From Deltaproteobacteria bacterium (lineage in GTDB: Bacteria > Desulfobacterota > Binatia > Binatales > Binataceae), in contig PLDK01000025.1 of assembly GCA_003135135.1 (NCBI GenBank), positions 106,376-170,375 of the forward strand: DNA of 64,000 bases, read 5' to 3'. Position 1 is the first letter of the stretch, and each line of letters starts with the position of its first letter. The position numbers and the translations under genes were made by a program. Positions 1-8,511 of the stretch are shown here, one piece after another. Under the pieces are notes generated by a model, which saw only the letters and a list, made by a program, of their open reading frames with translations, was not told the DNA's origin and did not search any database.

Positions 1-743
1 TCTGCTTTGCGCAGCTCACCCGGTCGCACGAAAACCAGCGGCGCCAATCGCAGAGCACACTTCACGACGAACGTCCCTTGATAGCCGTTGATCGTGCGCA
101 TCAGAGCCGCCACTTCCGTAGGCTTGGTCAGCGAAGCATGGTGCTCTTCGCGTACTGGCGGCAGAGCGCCGCGCAGGTCGGCGCTAGGGTCCCGCGATGC
201 CTTCCCCGTGGCAATCGCGTACCTGAATACCTGCCCGATGATCTGTTTGATGCGATGAGCGGTTTCCAGCGCGCCGCGCGTTTCGACGCGGCGCAACACT
301 TCGAGTAGCTGGACCGCGCTAATCTCCGCGATTGGCTTCGCACCGATCCATGGGAATACGTCGCGCTCCAACCGCCGGATAACCGTCGCTGCGTGAGTCG
401 GCGCCCATCCAGCGGAAAACTTCTCGAACCACACTCGCGACAGCGCCTCGAACAGATCCTTGTCGGCTTTCAGCGCAGCCTTTTGCGCTTGGCGTTCGGC
501 GCTCGGGTCGATTCCCGAGGCCAGAAGCTTGCGCGCCTCATCGCGCCGATCGCGTGCCTGGGCCAAGCTGACATCGGGGTAGATGCCCAAGCTGATTGTT
601 TTCTCCTTCCCCGCGAACCGATATTTGAGCCGCCACCACCTGCCGCCTCTCGCTGTCACGATGATAAAGAGCCCGCGGTTGTCGTGAATCTTGTAAGCCT
701 TCTCTGCCGCTTTCGCGTTCCTGAGCTTCACGTCCTGAAGCAT
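1..743 (-). CDS. Tyrosine integrase, P4/CP4-57-like, N-terminal part only (rest lies left of the window)
   Basis: Absent from the ORF track because it runs off the edge. My minus-strand translation from ATG 743 reads MLQDVKLRNAKAAEKAYKIHDNRGLFIIVTARGGRWWRLKYRFAGKEKTISLGIYPDVSLAQARDRRDEARKLLASGIDPS...FPWIGAKPIAEISAVQLLEVLRRVETRGALETAHRIKQ. This is the typical DUF4102 arm-binding plus SAM-like core N-terminus of P4-type integrases. It lies directly downstream of the ssrA 3' end on the same strand. Confidence 0.85.
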   Translation of the reverse strand, partial: MLQDVKLRNAKAAEKAYKIHDNRGLFIIVTARGGRWWRLKYRFAGKEKTISLGIYPDVSLAQARDRRDEARKLLASGIDPSAERQAQKAALKADKDLFEALSRVWFEKFSAGWAPTHAATVIRRLERDVFPWIGAKPIAEISAVQLLEVLRRVETRGALETAHRIKQIIGQVFRYAIATGKASRDPSADLRGALPPVREEHHASLTKPTEVAALMRTINGYQGTFVVKCALRLAPLVFVRPGELRKA

Positions 744-915
744 TGGGGTAACTCCTTCAAGCGCCTTGGTTTTTAGTCCAGCTACCCCCGTTTTTACCCC
801 GCGGTTACCCCGGATGTCAAGGCACGATACTGGACAATTTTGGATATCGTCTCAACAAAAAGCCTTTAATCTACATGGCTTTCTGCACGCACTTGTACCC
901 GGTGAGACGTAAATG

Positions 916-1273
916 TGGTGGAGGCGGGGGGAATTGAACCCCCGTCCGAAGGCCTTCCGGCGACGGCCACTACACGCTTAGTCTGCGAATTTTAGCTCGC
1001 GTCAGGAACGCCCACAGACGGGCTTTCCTGACGCCAGCCGGCTGAATTTTCGGGACGCCGCCCAGCCGGTGAACTGCGGTTCCCTAGCCCACTAAATGAC
1101 GCCCCGACCCGCTGCCATGGGCGAGCAGCGGCGGGACGCTAGCGGCCCTTAGGCCGCCAGAGCGTAACCGTTATTGTCTGCGGGTAAATTTCGCAGTCTG
1201 CCAGTTTTACGGGTCGACAGCACCCGGCGTGCGACCATGGCCATATTGTCTTCGTCGAATCCAGTTCGCCCCC
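916..1273 (-). ncRNA. ssrA: tmRNA (SsrA), tag peptide ADNNGYALAA
   Basis: The minus strand reads 5'-GGGGGCGAACTGGATTCGACG...GCAGACAATAACGGTTACGCTCTGGCGGCCTAA...TTCGGACGGGGGTTCAATTCCCCCCGCCTCCACCA-3'. It has a canonical tRNA-like acceptor/T-arm, a CCA end and an internal tag ORF ending YALAA-stop. It is adjacent to smpB. Confidence 0.93.
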
Positions 1274-1407
1274 ACGGATCGTGGGTTTTCGATACGAGGC
1301 CAGTCGAAACGGTTACATAATTCAATCTAAGGATGGATCGCCAGGTTCGCAACCATGCCTTCGACCCCCTTATCTGCGTCGCCGCCTGCGGATAAACTCG
1401 CCCTGCG

Positions 1408-1899
1408 ATGGCACGCGACACCCGCAATGGCAAACCATCCGGCGACGGATTCGATCTGGTCGCCGATAACCGCAAGGCGCGGCATGATTTCTTCATCGAG
1501 GAGACGCTCGAGGCCGGCCTCGCGCTCACCGGCACGGAGGTCAAGTCGCTGCGCGCGCATCGCGCAAATCTGCGCGACAGTTACGCGCGCATAAAAAACG
1601 GCGAAGCGTTCCTCGAGAGCGTCCATATCGGCGCCTATGCTCCTGCGGGCCAATTCAGCCACAAGGAAACTCGCGCGCGAAAACTCCTGATGCATCGCCG
1701 CGAGATCGATCGCCTGTGGGGCCGCGTGCGCGAGAAGGGCTATTCGATCGTCCCGCTGAAACTATACTTCAAAAACGGCCGCGCCAAGGTTGAACTGGGG
1801 CTCGCCAAGGGCAAGCACTCCTACGACAAACGCGACGCGATCGCGCGCAAGACCTCCGATCGCGAAATCGAGCGCGCCTTGAAAGGACGCAACCGCTAG
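1408..1899 (+). CDS. smpB: SsrA-binding protein SmpB
   Basis: 163 aa. Contains NRKARHDFFIEETLEAGLALTGTEVKSLR...LLMHRREIDRL...GYSIVPLKLYFKNGRAKVELGLAKGK, the hallmark SmpB sequence. Confidence 0.95.
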   Translation: MARDTRNGKPSGDGFDLVADNRKARHDFFIEETLEAGLALTGTEVKSLRAHRANLRDSYARIKNGEAFLESVHIGAYAPAGQFSHKETRARKLLMHRREIDRLWGRVREKGYSIVPLKLYFKNGRAKVELGLAKGKHSYDKRDAIARKTSDREIERALKGRNR

Positions 1900-2756
1900 C
1901 GCGCCTGCGCGCTCGTCGCGAGTTGACTCAATTCCGCAACCAGGTTCTGGAAGCTATCGAGGCTCGCCGATAGTTCCGCCGGAGTAGCGCCGATGCTTCC
2001 CAGCACGCGCGCGGCGGTATCGTGAAATCGCGCCGGTTTGATCGCGAATCGATGCGACTGGGCGAACGCGCCTTTCTCATTGAGAAAAAATCTGCGATTC
2101 AGCGCATAGAGCACCAGCGTCATGAAGCCCGCCGCGCGAAACAGGCATCCGGCGACGTACATCACGTCTACGCGCTCGGCTGGCTTCGCCGCGATCGAAA
2201 TTTCGAATTCCGCGTCAAAGAGATGCTTGGCTACGGCAGCAGCCCGAAATTTTTCGGGATATTCGCGTACCAGGGACTTGAGTTCGGCGATCGCACCCGC
2301 CGGATCAAAAAGCGGACGGCATACATGAACTTCGCCCGCGTAAATCTGCATGTGAAATCCGAGCGGAGGACCAAGCTGATAAATGCTGCGAGGGCGTCCG
2401 GCGATGCAGTCCTCGATCGCCTCGCGCACCGCGCCAATTTCACGGTAAATGAAATCGACGTGATGGCAGCGAATCTCGAGCCATCCGCCGCCGTTCACCG
2501 CCGCCCCCCATTGGCCAAACGAAGTCACCAATCCATCAAGATGACGATCGTCCAGTTCCTGCGCAGCCGCTCCCAGAGCCGCCGTCGAGAATGGATGGGC
2601 GCCGTCGTAATAGATTCCGAGATCGATATCCGATCGTTCGTCCGCGTTACCGCGTGCGCGTGATCCGCCAAGCACGATCGCGGCTACACCGTCGATCTTC
2701 GCGACGTGGCCCGCGACCAGACTGAGTATTTCTTCGATTTCGCTCCGACTAGCCAC
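1896..2756 (-). CDS. Nucleotidyltransferase (pol-beta fold) domain protein
   Basis: 286 aa with the G-S-x9-D-x-D NTase motif (LGGSRARGNADERSDIDLGIYY). It converges on smpB with a 4-nt stop overlap. Confidence 0.7.
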   Translation of the reverse strand: MASRSEIEEILSLVAGHVAKIDGVAAIVLGGSRARGNADERSDIDLGIYYDGAHPFSTAALGAAAQELDDRHLDGLVTSFGQWGAAVNGGGWLEIRCHHVDFIYREIGAVREAIEDCIAGRPRSIYQLGPPLGFHMQIYAGEVHVCRPLFDPAGAIAELKSLVREYPEKFRAAAVAKHLFDAEFEISIAAKPAERVDVMYVAGCLFRAAGFMTLVLYALNRRFFLNEKGAFAQSHRFAIKPARFHDTAARVLGSIGATPAELSASLDSFQNLVAELSQLATSAQAR

Positions 2757-2823
2757 CCGCCGAGCTTAAGTCGCGCGCCCAACTGGAGCAACGACGAGCG
2801 CCGACGCGGTCTCGAGATCAGTT

Positions 2824-3849
2824 CTAACTGCTGGCGGACGTATCAGCGCCGGCCTGCGCGTCGAGTGGGGCCGCGCCCGCCGCACCCAGCAAAGCCTGCA
2901 GTCTTGCGATACGCCTGCCCAGCGGAGGATGCGTAGAAAACAGGTTGGCAAAGAACCCTTCGCTGTCTTCGCGGATGCCCTCGCGAGGATTGACGATGAA
3001 CAGATGCGCGGTGCCGGCGGTGCCTTGTTTCAGCGGCGACTCAATTTTCGCGATGTGCTCCAACGCGCGCAGCAGCGCTCGCGGGTTGCGTGTGAACTCA
3101 ACCGACGACGCATCCGCAAGATATTCGCGCTGCCTCGACACCGCCATCGCCAGCAACTGCGAAAAGATCGGCGCCACCGCCGCCAGCACGATCACCGCAA
3201 CCGTGATCAGCACCGCCGCTTGATTGTCGCGATCGGAATTACTCCTGCCGCGCGCGCCGAATCCGCCGAAGAACATCCAGCGGTACACGAAATCCGAAAG
3301 CATCGCGATTCCACCGACCATCACCGCGATCATCATCATCGTGCGGATGTCGTAGTCGGCGACGTGCGACATCTCGTGCCCGATCACTCCCTGCAACTCT
3401 TCCCGATCCATCTGATCGACCAGTCCCTGGGTGACGCAAATCACCGAATGGGCCGGGTCGCGTCCCGTCGCGAACGCATTCGGCGACTGATCATCGATGA
3501 GATACGGCTTGGGCGCGGGCATCCGCGCCGCGGTCGCCATTTCGCTGATCACATCGAGCACCATCTGATGTTTCTGCGTGTCAGGCGTAAGTGGGCGCGC
3601 GTGAACCGAGAGCAGCACCAGGGACGCGCCGCTGTAATATGACACGATCGATTCGATGCCGGCGAAGACCAGCGCGGCAATCGTCAGTACCGGGAAGCCG
3701 ATCAGGTGTCCGTCGATGATCGCAATATCGCGCGCCGCAAAATCAAGACCAAGCCCAAGCGCCCCGAGCAGCAGCATGAACGCGACGACCAGCACCGCGG
3801 TCTCGCGGCGATTGGTCGCTTCGAGACTTCTGAAGTTGCTTGATGCCAT
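2824..3849 (-). CDS. M48-family (HtpX-like) zinc metalloprotease, membrane bound
   Basis: 341 aa with N-terminal TM helices and the HEMSHV zinc motif. It lies immediately downstream of lemA. Confidence 0.8.
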   Translation of the reverse strand: MASSNFRSLEATNRRETAVLVVAFMLLLGALGLGLDFAARDIAIIDGHLIGFPVLTIAALVFAGIESIVSYYSGASLVLLSVHARPLTPDTQKHQMVLDVISEMATAARMPAPKPYLIDDQSPNAFATGRDPAHSVICVTQGLVDQMDREELQGVIGHEMSHVADYDIRTMMMIAVMVGGIAMLSDFVYRWMFFGGFGARGRSNSDRDNQAAVLITVAVIVLAAVAPIFSQLLAMAVSRQREYLADASSVEFTRNPRALLRALEHIAKIESPLKQGTAGTAHLFIVNPREGIREDSEGFFANLFSTHPPLGRRIARLQALLGAAGAAPLDAQAGADTSASS

Positions 3850-3877
3850 CGAGGATGCCCGCCGGCGACGCGTGTGC

Positions 3878-4438
3878 TCAGGCGCGCGGCGTGGTCATCG
3901 AAAGGTCAACCTTGGGAACAGCCTGCTCTTCCGGAGCGCCTTTGAAATATTCCGCGGCCTTGAAACCGAAATTGCTGGCGATGAGATTCGTCGGGAAGAT
4001 CTGGATGCGCGTGTTGAGATTGAGCACGACGTCATTGTATGCCTGTCGCGCGAACGCGATTTGATTTTCCGTGGTCGTCAGCTCTTCCTGCAGTTTGAGC
4101 ACGTTCTCGTCGGCCTTTAACTGCGGATAGTTCTCCATCACCGCCATCAGTTTACCCAGCCCGGTAGTGATCTGGCTCTCCGCCGCCATGCGCGAGGCCT
4201 GGTCCGGCGCGCTGACAGCCTTGGCGCGCGCCTCGACGACCTGAGTGAGCGTGTCGCGCTCGAACTGCATGTAGCCTTTGACGGCTTCGATGAGATTTGG
4301 AATCAGATCATGACGGCGCTTCAGTTGTACATCGATCTGCCGCCACGAATTATCTACTTGGTTCCGCAGACTGACTAATCGATTGTATGCAAAGACTACC
4401 CACGCGACGATAGCCACTACAATGATCGGAAACACCAT
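3878..4438 (-). CDS. lemA: LemA family protein
   Basis: 186 aa with a single N-terminal TM. Contains YNRLVSLRNQVDNSWRQIDVQLKRRHDLIPNL, typical of LemA. Confidence 0.85.
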   Translation of the reverse strand: MVFPIIVVAIVAWVVFAYNRLVSLRNQVDNSWRQIDVQLKRRHDLIPNLIEAVKGYMQFERDTLTQVVEARAKAVSAPDQASRMAAESQITTGLGKLMAVMENYPQLKADENVLKLQEELTTTENQIAFARQAYNDVVLNLNTRIQIFPTNLIASNFGFKAAEYFKGAPEEQAVPKVDLSMTTPRA

Positions 4439-4579
4439 CTGCGATTCCTCCGTTGAGAGGTCAGCCCGAGGTGGCTTCGTCGGCTGCGCCCACAGCGCCG
4501 GCGGTATCGATCGTTACGACCCGCCGGCGCCTGGCGCTAAAACTTACCTCGCCGTGGCTCGAAGCGCCCACTGCGCCTG

Positions 4580-4936
4580 CTAGTTTTCGAACTCGACTTT
4601 GATTTTGAACGGTTTGCTCTCGGGCCGCTTTGGCACTGTCACTTCAAGCACGCCATCCTTGTACGCCGCCTTGATTCCATCGTGGCTGGCGTCCTCAGGC
4701 ATCGTGAACGCGCGGCGCATCGTGCCGTACGCCCGCTCGGACAGATGGACTTCGGCGTCCTTCGACCACTCGGGCCGTTTGCGCTCGGCCTCGACGACCA
4801 GATTTCCGTCTTCGACGCGAACATCGACCGACTCGCTCGCGATGCCCGCCATCTCGAAGTAGAAATGATAGCCGTCCGCATCTTCGACGACCTCCGCGGC
4901 GGGCGGGCGCCGCCTTGCGCACGGGTTCGAGCTCAT
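4580..4936 (-). CDS. Hsp20/alpha-crystallin small heat-shock protein (N-terminal arm apparently in another frame up to 5006)
   Basis: Alpha-crystallin domain: VVEDADGYHFYFEMAGIASESVDVRVEDGNLVVEAER...GIKAAYKDGVLEVTVPK. See the finding on the frameshift. Confidence 0.8.
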   Translation of the reverse strand: MSSNPCARRRPPAAEVVEDADGYHFYFEMAGIASESVDVRVEDGNLVVEAERKRPEWSKDAEVHLSERAYGTMRRAFTMPEDASHDGIKAAYKDGVLEVTVPKRPESKPFKIKVEFEN

Positions 4937-5187
4937 TCCACAGCACGTTCCAGCGGCGCAGAAGAGAATCGTTGGGGCTCAGACAGCTATTCATCAGCAC
5001 TTCCATGCAAAAGCCTCCTGCCGGTAATTGTCTCCGGGGTGATTTTTTATTTCGGGGCGCCCGGCGCGGCGAAAACTAAAAACCTCTTTCGCACGTATCG
5101 CCTTGCGTCCCACAATCTCAAGCTAAGTACGAACTCGCGGCCGTCAAGGCCAATCGCCGCGGTGCCGCTGATCGGAGGACTGCGTCA

Positions 5188-6522
5188 TCAATGCGTCAGG
5201 AGCTGATTTTCGGTTACAACAGGTCTCCGGCCCGGCCAATCGCCGCGCGAATGAATCGCGAGCGCACCTGCTCCCGGGCCAGCATCCGCTGCGCCGGCGG
5301 CATCGCGAGGATCGTACGCAAGGCCGCGTTCAAGAAACGCGCGCCGCGCCCGGCCCCCCTCGTCGAAGAGGAGCTGTGCGAGCCGGCCGCGCTCGATCAC
5401 CATGCGCAGCGTGCGCTCGAGCGTGTCGCGCGGGATGTAGGGCGGCTTCCCATCGCGCCGCATGCGCATCGCATGTTTCCGGCAGGCGTCGGCGCACAGA
5501 CCGCAGCCGATACATCGATCCTCGTCGACGAGCGGGTGCAGCTCGTTGGTGCGCCGCGCCTCGCTACGCTCGGGACGCATCGTGATCGCGCCGACCGGGC
5601 ACGCCCGCGCGCACCGCGAGCATCCGGCGCACTTGTCGGGATCGGAGTGCGGCTTGAAGCCGCTCGGGTTTACCCCGTGCAGATCGTACCGGTTGATCGA
5701 CTGAAGCTGGGTGCAGCAGCATGCGCAGCAACTGCAGATGTAGGTCGGCTGCTGGAGGACGTTGTCGGCGATATGGACCAGGCCGCGGGCGCGCCCGACG
5801 GCGAGCAGCTCGAGCGCTTCCGAACGCTCGATGGCGCGGCCGAAGTTGCGGCGGATGACGAAGTCCGCACCGGCGTTGAGCGACATGCAAATCTCCTGCG
5901 GCGCGTCGCAGGCTTTGCCGAGATGCGAGGCCTTGTGGCGGCAGTAGCATAGCGACACGGAGTGGGATTTCGCGTCGCCAACGATCGCGGTCGCGCGCTC
6001 ATAGTCGAGCACCTCGGGCACGTCGTCAGCCAGGGCAGACTCATGCACCAGCGCGCGTCCGATCACGGTTTCTTCGCCAAAGACCTCGCGCACGAACGTG
6101 TCGTCGCCGTGCACGTAGGCGTCGAGCGCCTCAGCCATGCGCTTTTTCGGGATCGAGTCCTTCGCGCGCATCATCGAAAACTCGAAGAACCCGACCACCG
6201 GCGGCGCCAGAACGTACTTGGTATCCCCGGTCTTGGGATGGACCAGGTCGAGTACCAGGCCGCGGTCACAGAGCGCATCCAGGCGCGGCTTGAGCGCCTC
6301 GGGGGCGAGATTTAGGCGACGGGCAATGCCGTCAAGGCCGGTTGGCGCGACCGGCATCCGCGAGGCGAGGTCGGCCTCCTCGGGGGTGTAGAGGATCTCG
6401 AGGATTTCCTTCCAGCCATTCCAGGCGCGCGGGTCGCGGGGTTCCGGGAGCGCGACCTGAGTAGCCTCGAGGCGGCGCACGAACGCGCGGTACTCATCCT
6501 TGAGATGGCCCAGGTGCCCCAT
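5188..6522 (-). CDS. 4Fe-4S dicluster domain protein with a Cys-dense region
   Basis: 444 aa with two ferredoxin motifs (CAGCSRCARACP, CIGCGLCADAC), ICSCCACCC and LCYC...C...C. The N-terminal segment looks winged-helix-like. Confidence 0.7.
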   Translation of the reverse strand: MGHLGHLKDEYRAFVRRLEATQVALPEPRDPRAWNGWKEILEILYTPEEADLASRMPVAPTGLDGIARRLNLAPEALKPRLDALCDRGLVLDLVHPKTGDTKYVLAPPVVGFFEFSMMRAKDSIPKKRMAEALDAYVHGDDTFVREVFGEETVIGRALVHESALADDVPEVLDYERATAIVGDAKSHSVSLCYCRHKASHLGKACDAPQEICMSLNAGADFVIRRNFGRAIERSEALELLAVGRARGLVHIADNVLQQPTYICSCCACCCTQLQSINRYDLHGVNPSGFKPHSDPDKCAGCSRCARACPVGAITMRPERSEARRTNELHPLVDEDRCIGCGLCADACRKHAMRMRRDGKPPYIPRDTLERTLRMVIERGRLAQLLFDEGGRARRAFLERGLAYDPRDAAGAADAGPGAGALAIHSRGDWPGRRPVVTENQLLTH

Positions 6523-6746
6523 CCGAACCTCCCCTAAGACCGCTGAACCGGGATTTGATTTTGACTCTCCGGTTCCAACTCGGCGTATAGACCCAACGGC
6601 CTCCTGCTACAAAGCTCTAGCAGGTTTCGGTCTCCGATGCTTCCAGCGGAGCCGCTATTGCGCAGGTTTGGCGGTCTTCGAGGCGGTCGCAATCTCTTGC
6701 ACGAATGGCCAGGCCATCTTAAAGCTGTGCTTCTTCGGCAGCATTC

Positions 6747-7496
6747 ATGACGGCGAATTCAAGCAACGAAAACGAAACTCGCGACACGATCCTGGACGGG
6801 CGTATCGCGCTGATCCAGCCCAGGCATGGGTACCGCTTCTCGGTCGAGGCGATTTTGCTCGGCCGCTTCGCGCGCGCGAGTACGCGCGAGCGAGTGCTCG
6901 AGTTGGGCGCCGGATGCGGCGTTGTAGCGATCATGATGGCCGCCCTTTATCGACCGCGCGAAGTCGTCGCGATCGAGATCCAGCCGGCGCTGGCGGCCAT
7001 GATTGCCCGCAGCGCCACGCTCAACGGCATCGAGTCTGTGAATGCGGTTTGTGGCGACCTTCGGCAGAGAAAAATCGCGGGAGTCGAGCCTGCAAGTTTC
7101 GACCTGGTCGTCGCGAATCCTCCCTATCGCGCAGCAGCCGCCGGCCGCGAGAATCCCGACCACGGCCGCCGCCTTGCACGCGGCGAAAGCGCTGCCGTTT
7201 CCGTGCTCATGGATTTCGTCGCGGCCGCGCACCGCTACGCGCGCCGCGGCGGGCGGGTTGCATTTGTCTTCACCGCACGCAGAAGCGCCGAGCTGATTTC
7301 CGCGATGCGCTCGAAGCAGCTCGAGCCCAAGCGCATCCGTTTCGTTCATCCGCGGATTGCGATGCCGGCATCGGTGATGTTGATCGAGGCCCGCGCCGGC
7401 GGCGGAATCGAAGTAGCTATCGAGCCGCCGTTGATTCTCTACGAACGTCCGGGGATATACACCAGCGAAGCGCGCGCGATACTCAGTTCGCCCTGA
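6747..7496 (+). CDS. SAM-dependent methyltransferase, tRNA1(Val) (adenine37-N6)-MTase (YfiC/TrmN6)-like
   Basis: 249 aa with the SAM motif LELGAGCGVV and the N6-adenine MTase motif VVANPPY. Confidence 0.75.
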   Translation: MTANSSNENETRDTILDGRIALIQPRHGYRFSVEAILLGRFARASTRERVLELGAGCGVVAIMMAALYRPREVVAIEIQPALAAMIARSATLNGIESVNAVCGDLRQRKIAGVEPASFDLVVANPPYRAAAAGRENPDHGRRLARGESAAVSVLMDFVAAAHRYARRGGRVAFVFTARRSAELISAMRSKQLEPKRIRFVHPRIAMPASVMLIEARAGGGIEVAIEPPLILYERPGIYTSEARAILSSP

Positions 7497-7563
7497 CTGA
7501 GATACCTCGCCCGTTATTTTACGGGAGAGGAGGCCGACCGCCTGGCGGTCGGTAGGTGAGGGT
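7497..7563. repeat. 67-nt structured intergenic repeat, copy 1 (family E)
   Basis: ctgagatacctcgcccgttattttacgggagaggaggccgaccgcctggcggtcggtaggtgagggt. It is near-identical to 32901-32968, has two hairpins, and sits between convergent stops. Confidence 0.8.
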
Positions 7564-7582
7564 TCTGGATCGAGCGCAACTA

Positions 7583-8467
7583 TTACTCAGACGTAAGGAA
7601 TTCGCTCGCTTGATCCGCGACGTAGCCGGGCATTTCCATCGGCATAAAATGGCCCGCGTCGGCCACATCGATCACGCGCCCGTTCTTGAGCTGCTTCGCG
7701 ACTTTTTCGGATAGCACTGCGCCGAGCGAATCCTCGCGCGCGCCGAACATTATCAACAGCGGCGCCGTGCAGCGTAAAATTCGCCCGAGTCCGTCGAAGT
7801 CGCGCGCCGTTTCGTAGAATTTTGCCTCGACCTCGGGCGCGCATTTGAGTTCGCGCCGGCCGTCGCTCGTCGGACGCGTCCCGAACTGGCAATAGTCGCG
7901 GACCATCTGCTTATCCCAGGTGTTATACGGCGGCTTGTTGTGGAAGCTCGAGTACATCGCCTCGACGCTGTCGAAAATGCGCCTGCGCTTCAGCGTCCGC
8001 TTGACGAACGGATCGCGCCATCCGAGTTCCGGCGCGGTCGGCGACTCGAAGATTACCGGCTCGACCAGGACTGCGCGTGAGATCAGATCCGGGCGCTCGC
8101 AAGCAAGGCCGCCGATCGCCGTCGCGCCGGCAGAATGGCCGACCGTCCTGACGCCAGACCATCCCATCGAAGTTATAAACCCTTCGAGGTCCCGCATCGT
8201 CGAGTCCCAGCTATAGTCGCCGTCGGCTGGCGCCGAGCTGTCGCCGTGGCCGCGCTGATCGTAACTGTACACGTGACCGATCGCGCGCAGCGGCTCTGCG
8301 AGCGGCCGATAGATGCGGCCGAGAAATCCGGTCGCGTGCACAATCACGATTGGCGGGCCGTCGCCGCCCCAGTCCAGCGTATGCATCCGGATGCCGTTGA
8401 CGTTCACGAAGCTCGACGCCGGTTCACTGAATTTCGAGCTGCTGTTCCGGGGTTCGATTTTTTCCAT
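7583..8467 (-). CDS. Alpha/beta hydrolase
   Basis: 294 aa with the nucleophile elbow GHSAGA, an HG-type oxyanion region (IVIVHATGF) and a C-terminal GHF. Confidence 0.8.
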   Translation of the reverse strand: MEKIEPRNSSSKFSEPASSFVNVNGIRMHTLDWGGDGPPIVIVHATGFLGRIYRPLAEPLRAIGHVYSYDQRGHGDSSAPADGDYSWDSTMRDLEGFITSMGWSGVRTVGHSAGATAIGGLACERPDLISRAVLVEPVIFESPTAPELGWRDPFVKRTLKRRRIFDSVEAMYSSFHNKPPYNTWDKQMVRDYCQFGTRPTSDGRRELKCAPEVEAKFYETARDFDGLGRILRCTAPLLIMFGAREDSLGAVLSEKVAKQLKNGRVIDVADAGHFMPMEMPGYVADQASEFLTSE

Positions 8468-8511
8468 GTCTCAGGGTTTGCGAGGAACTGCACTCGCGAC
8501 GGATTCAGTAT

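Noticed and set aside
744-915. tRNA gene or att core between the integrase and ssrA
   Set aside because: No cloverleaf or T-arm consensus is visible. An att core cannot be defined without the other end of the island, which is outside the window.
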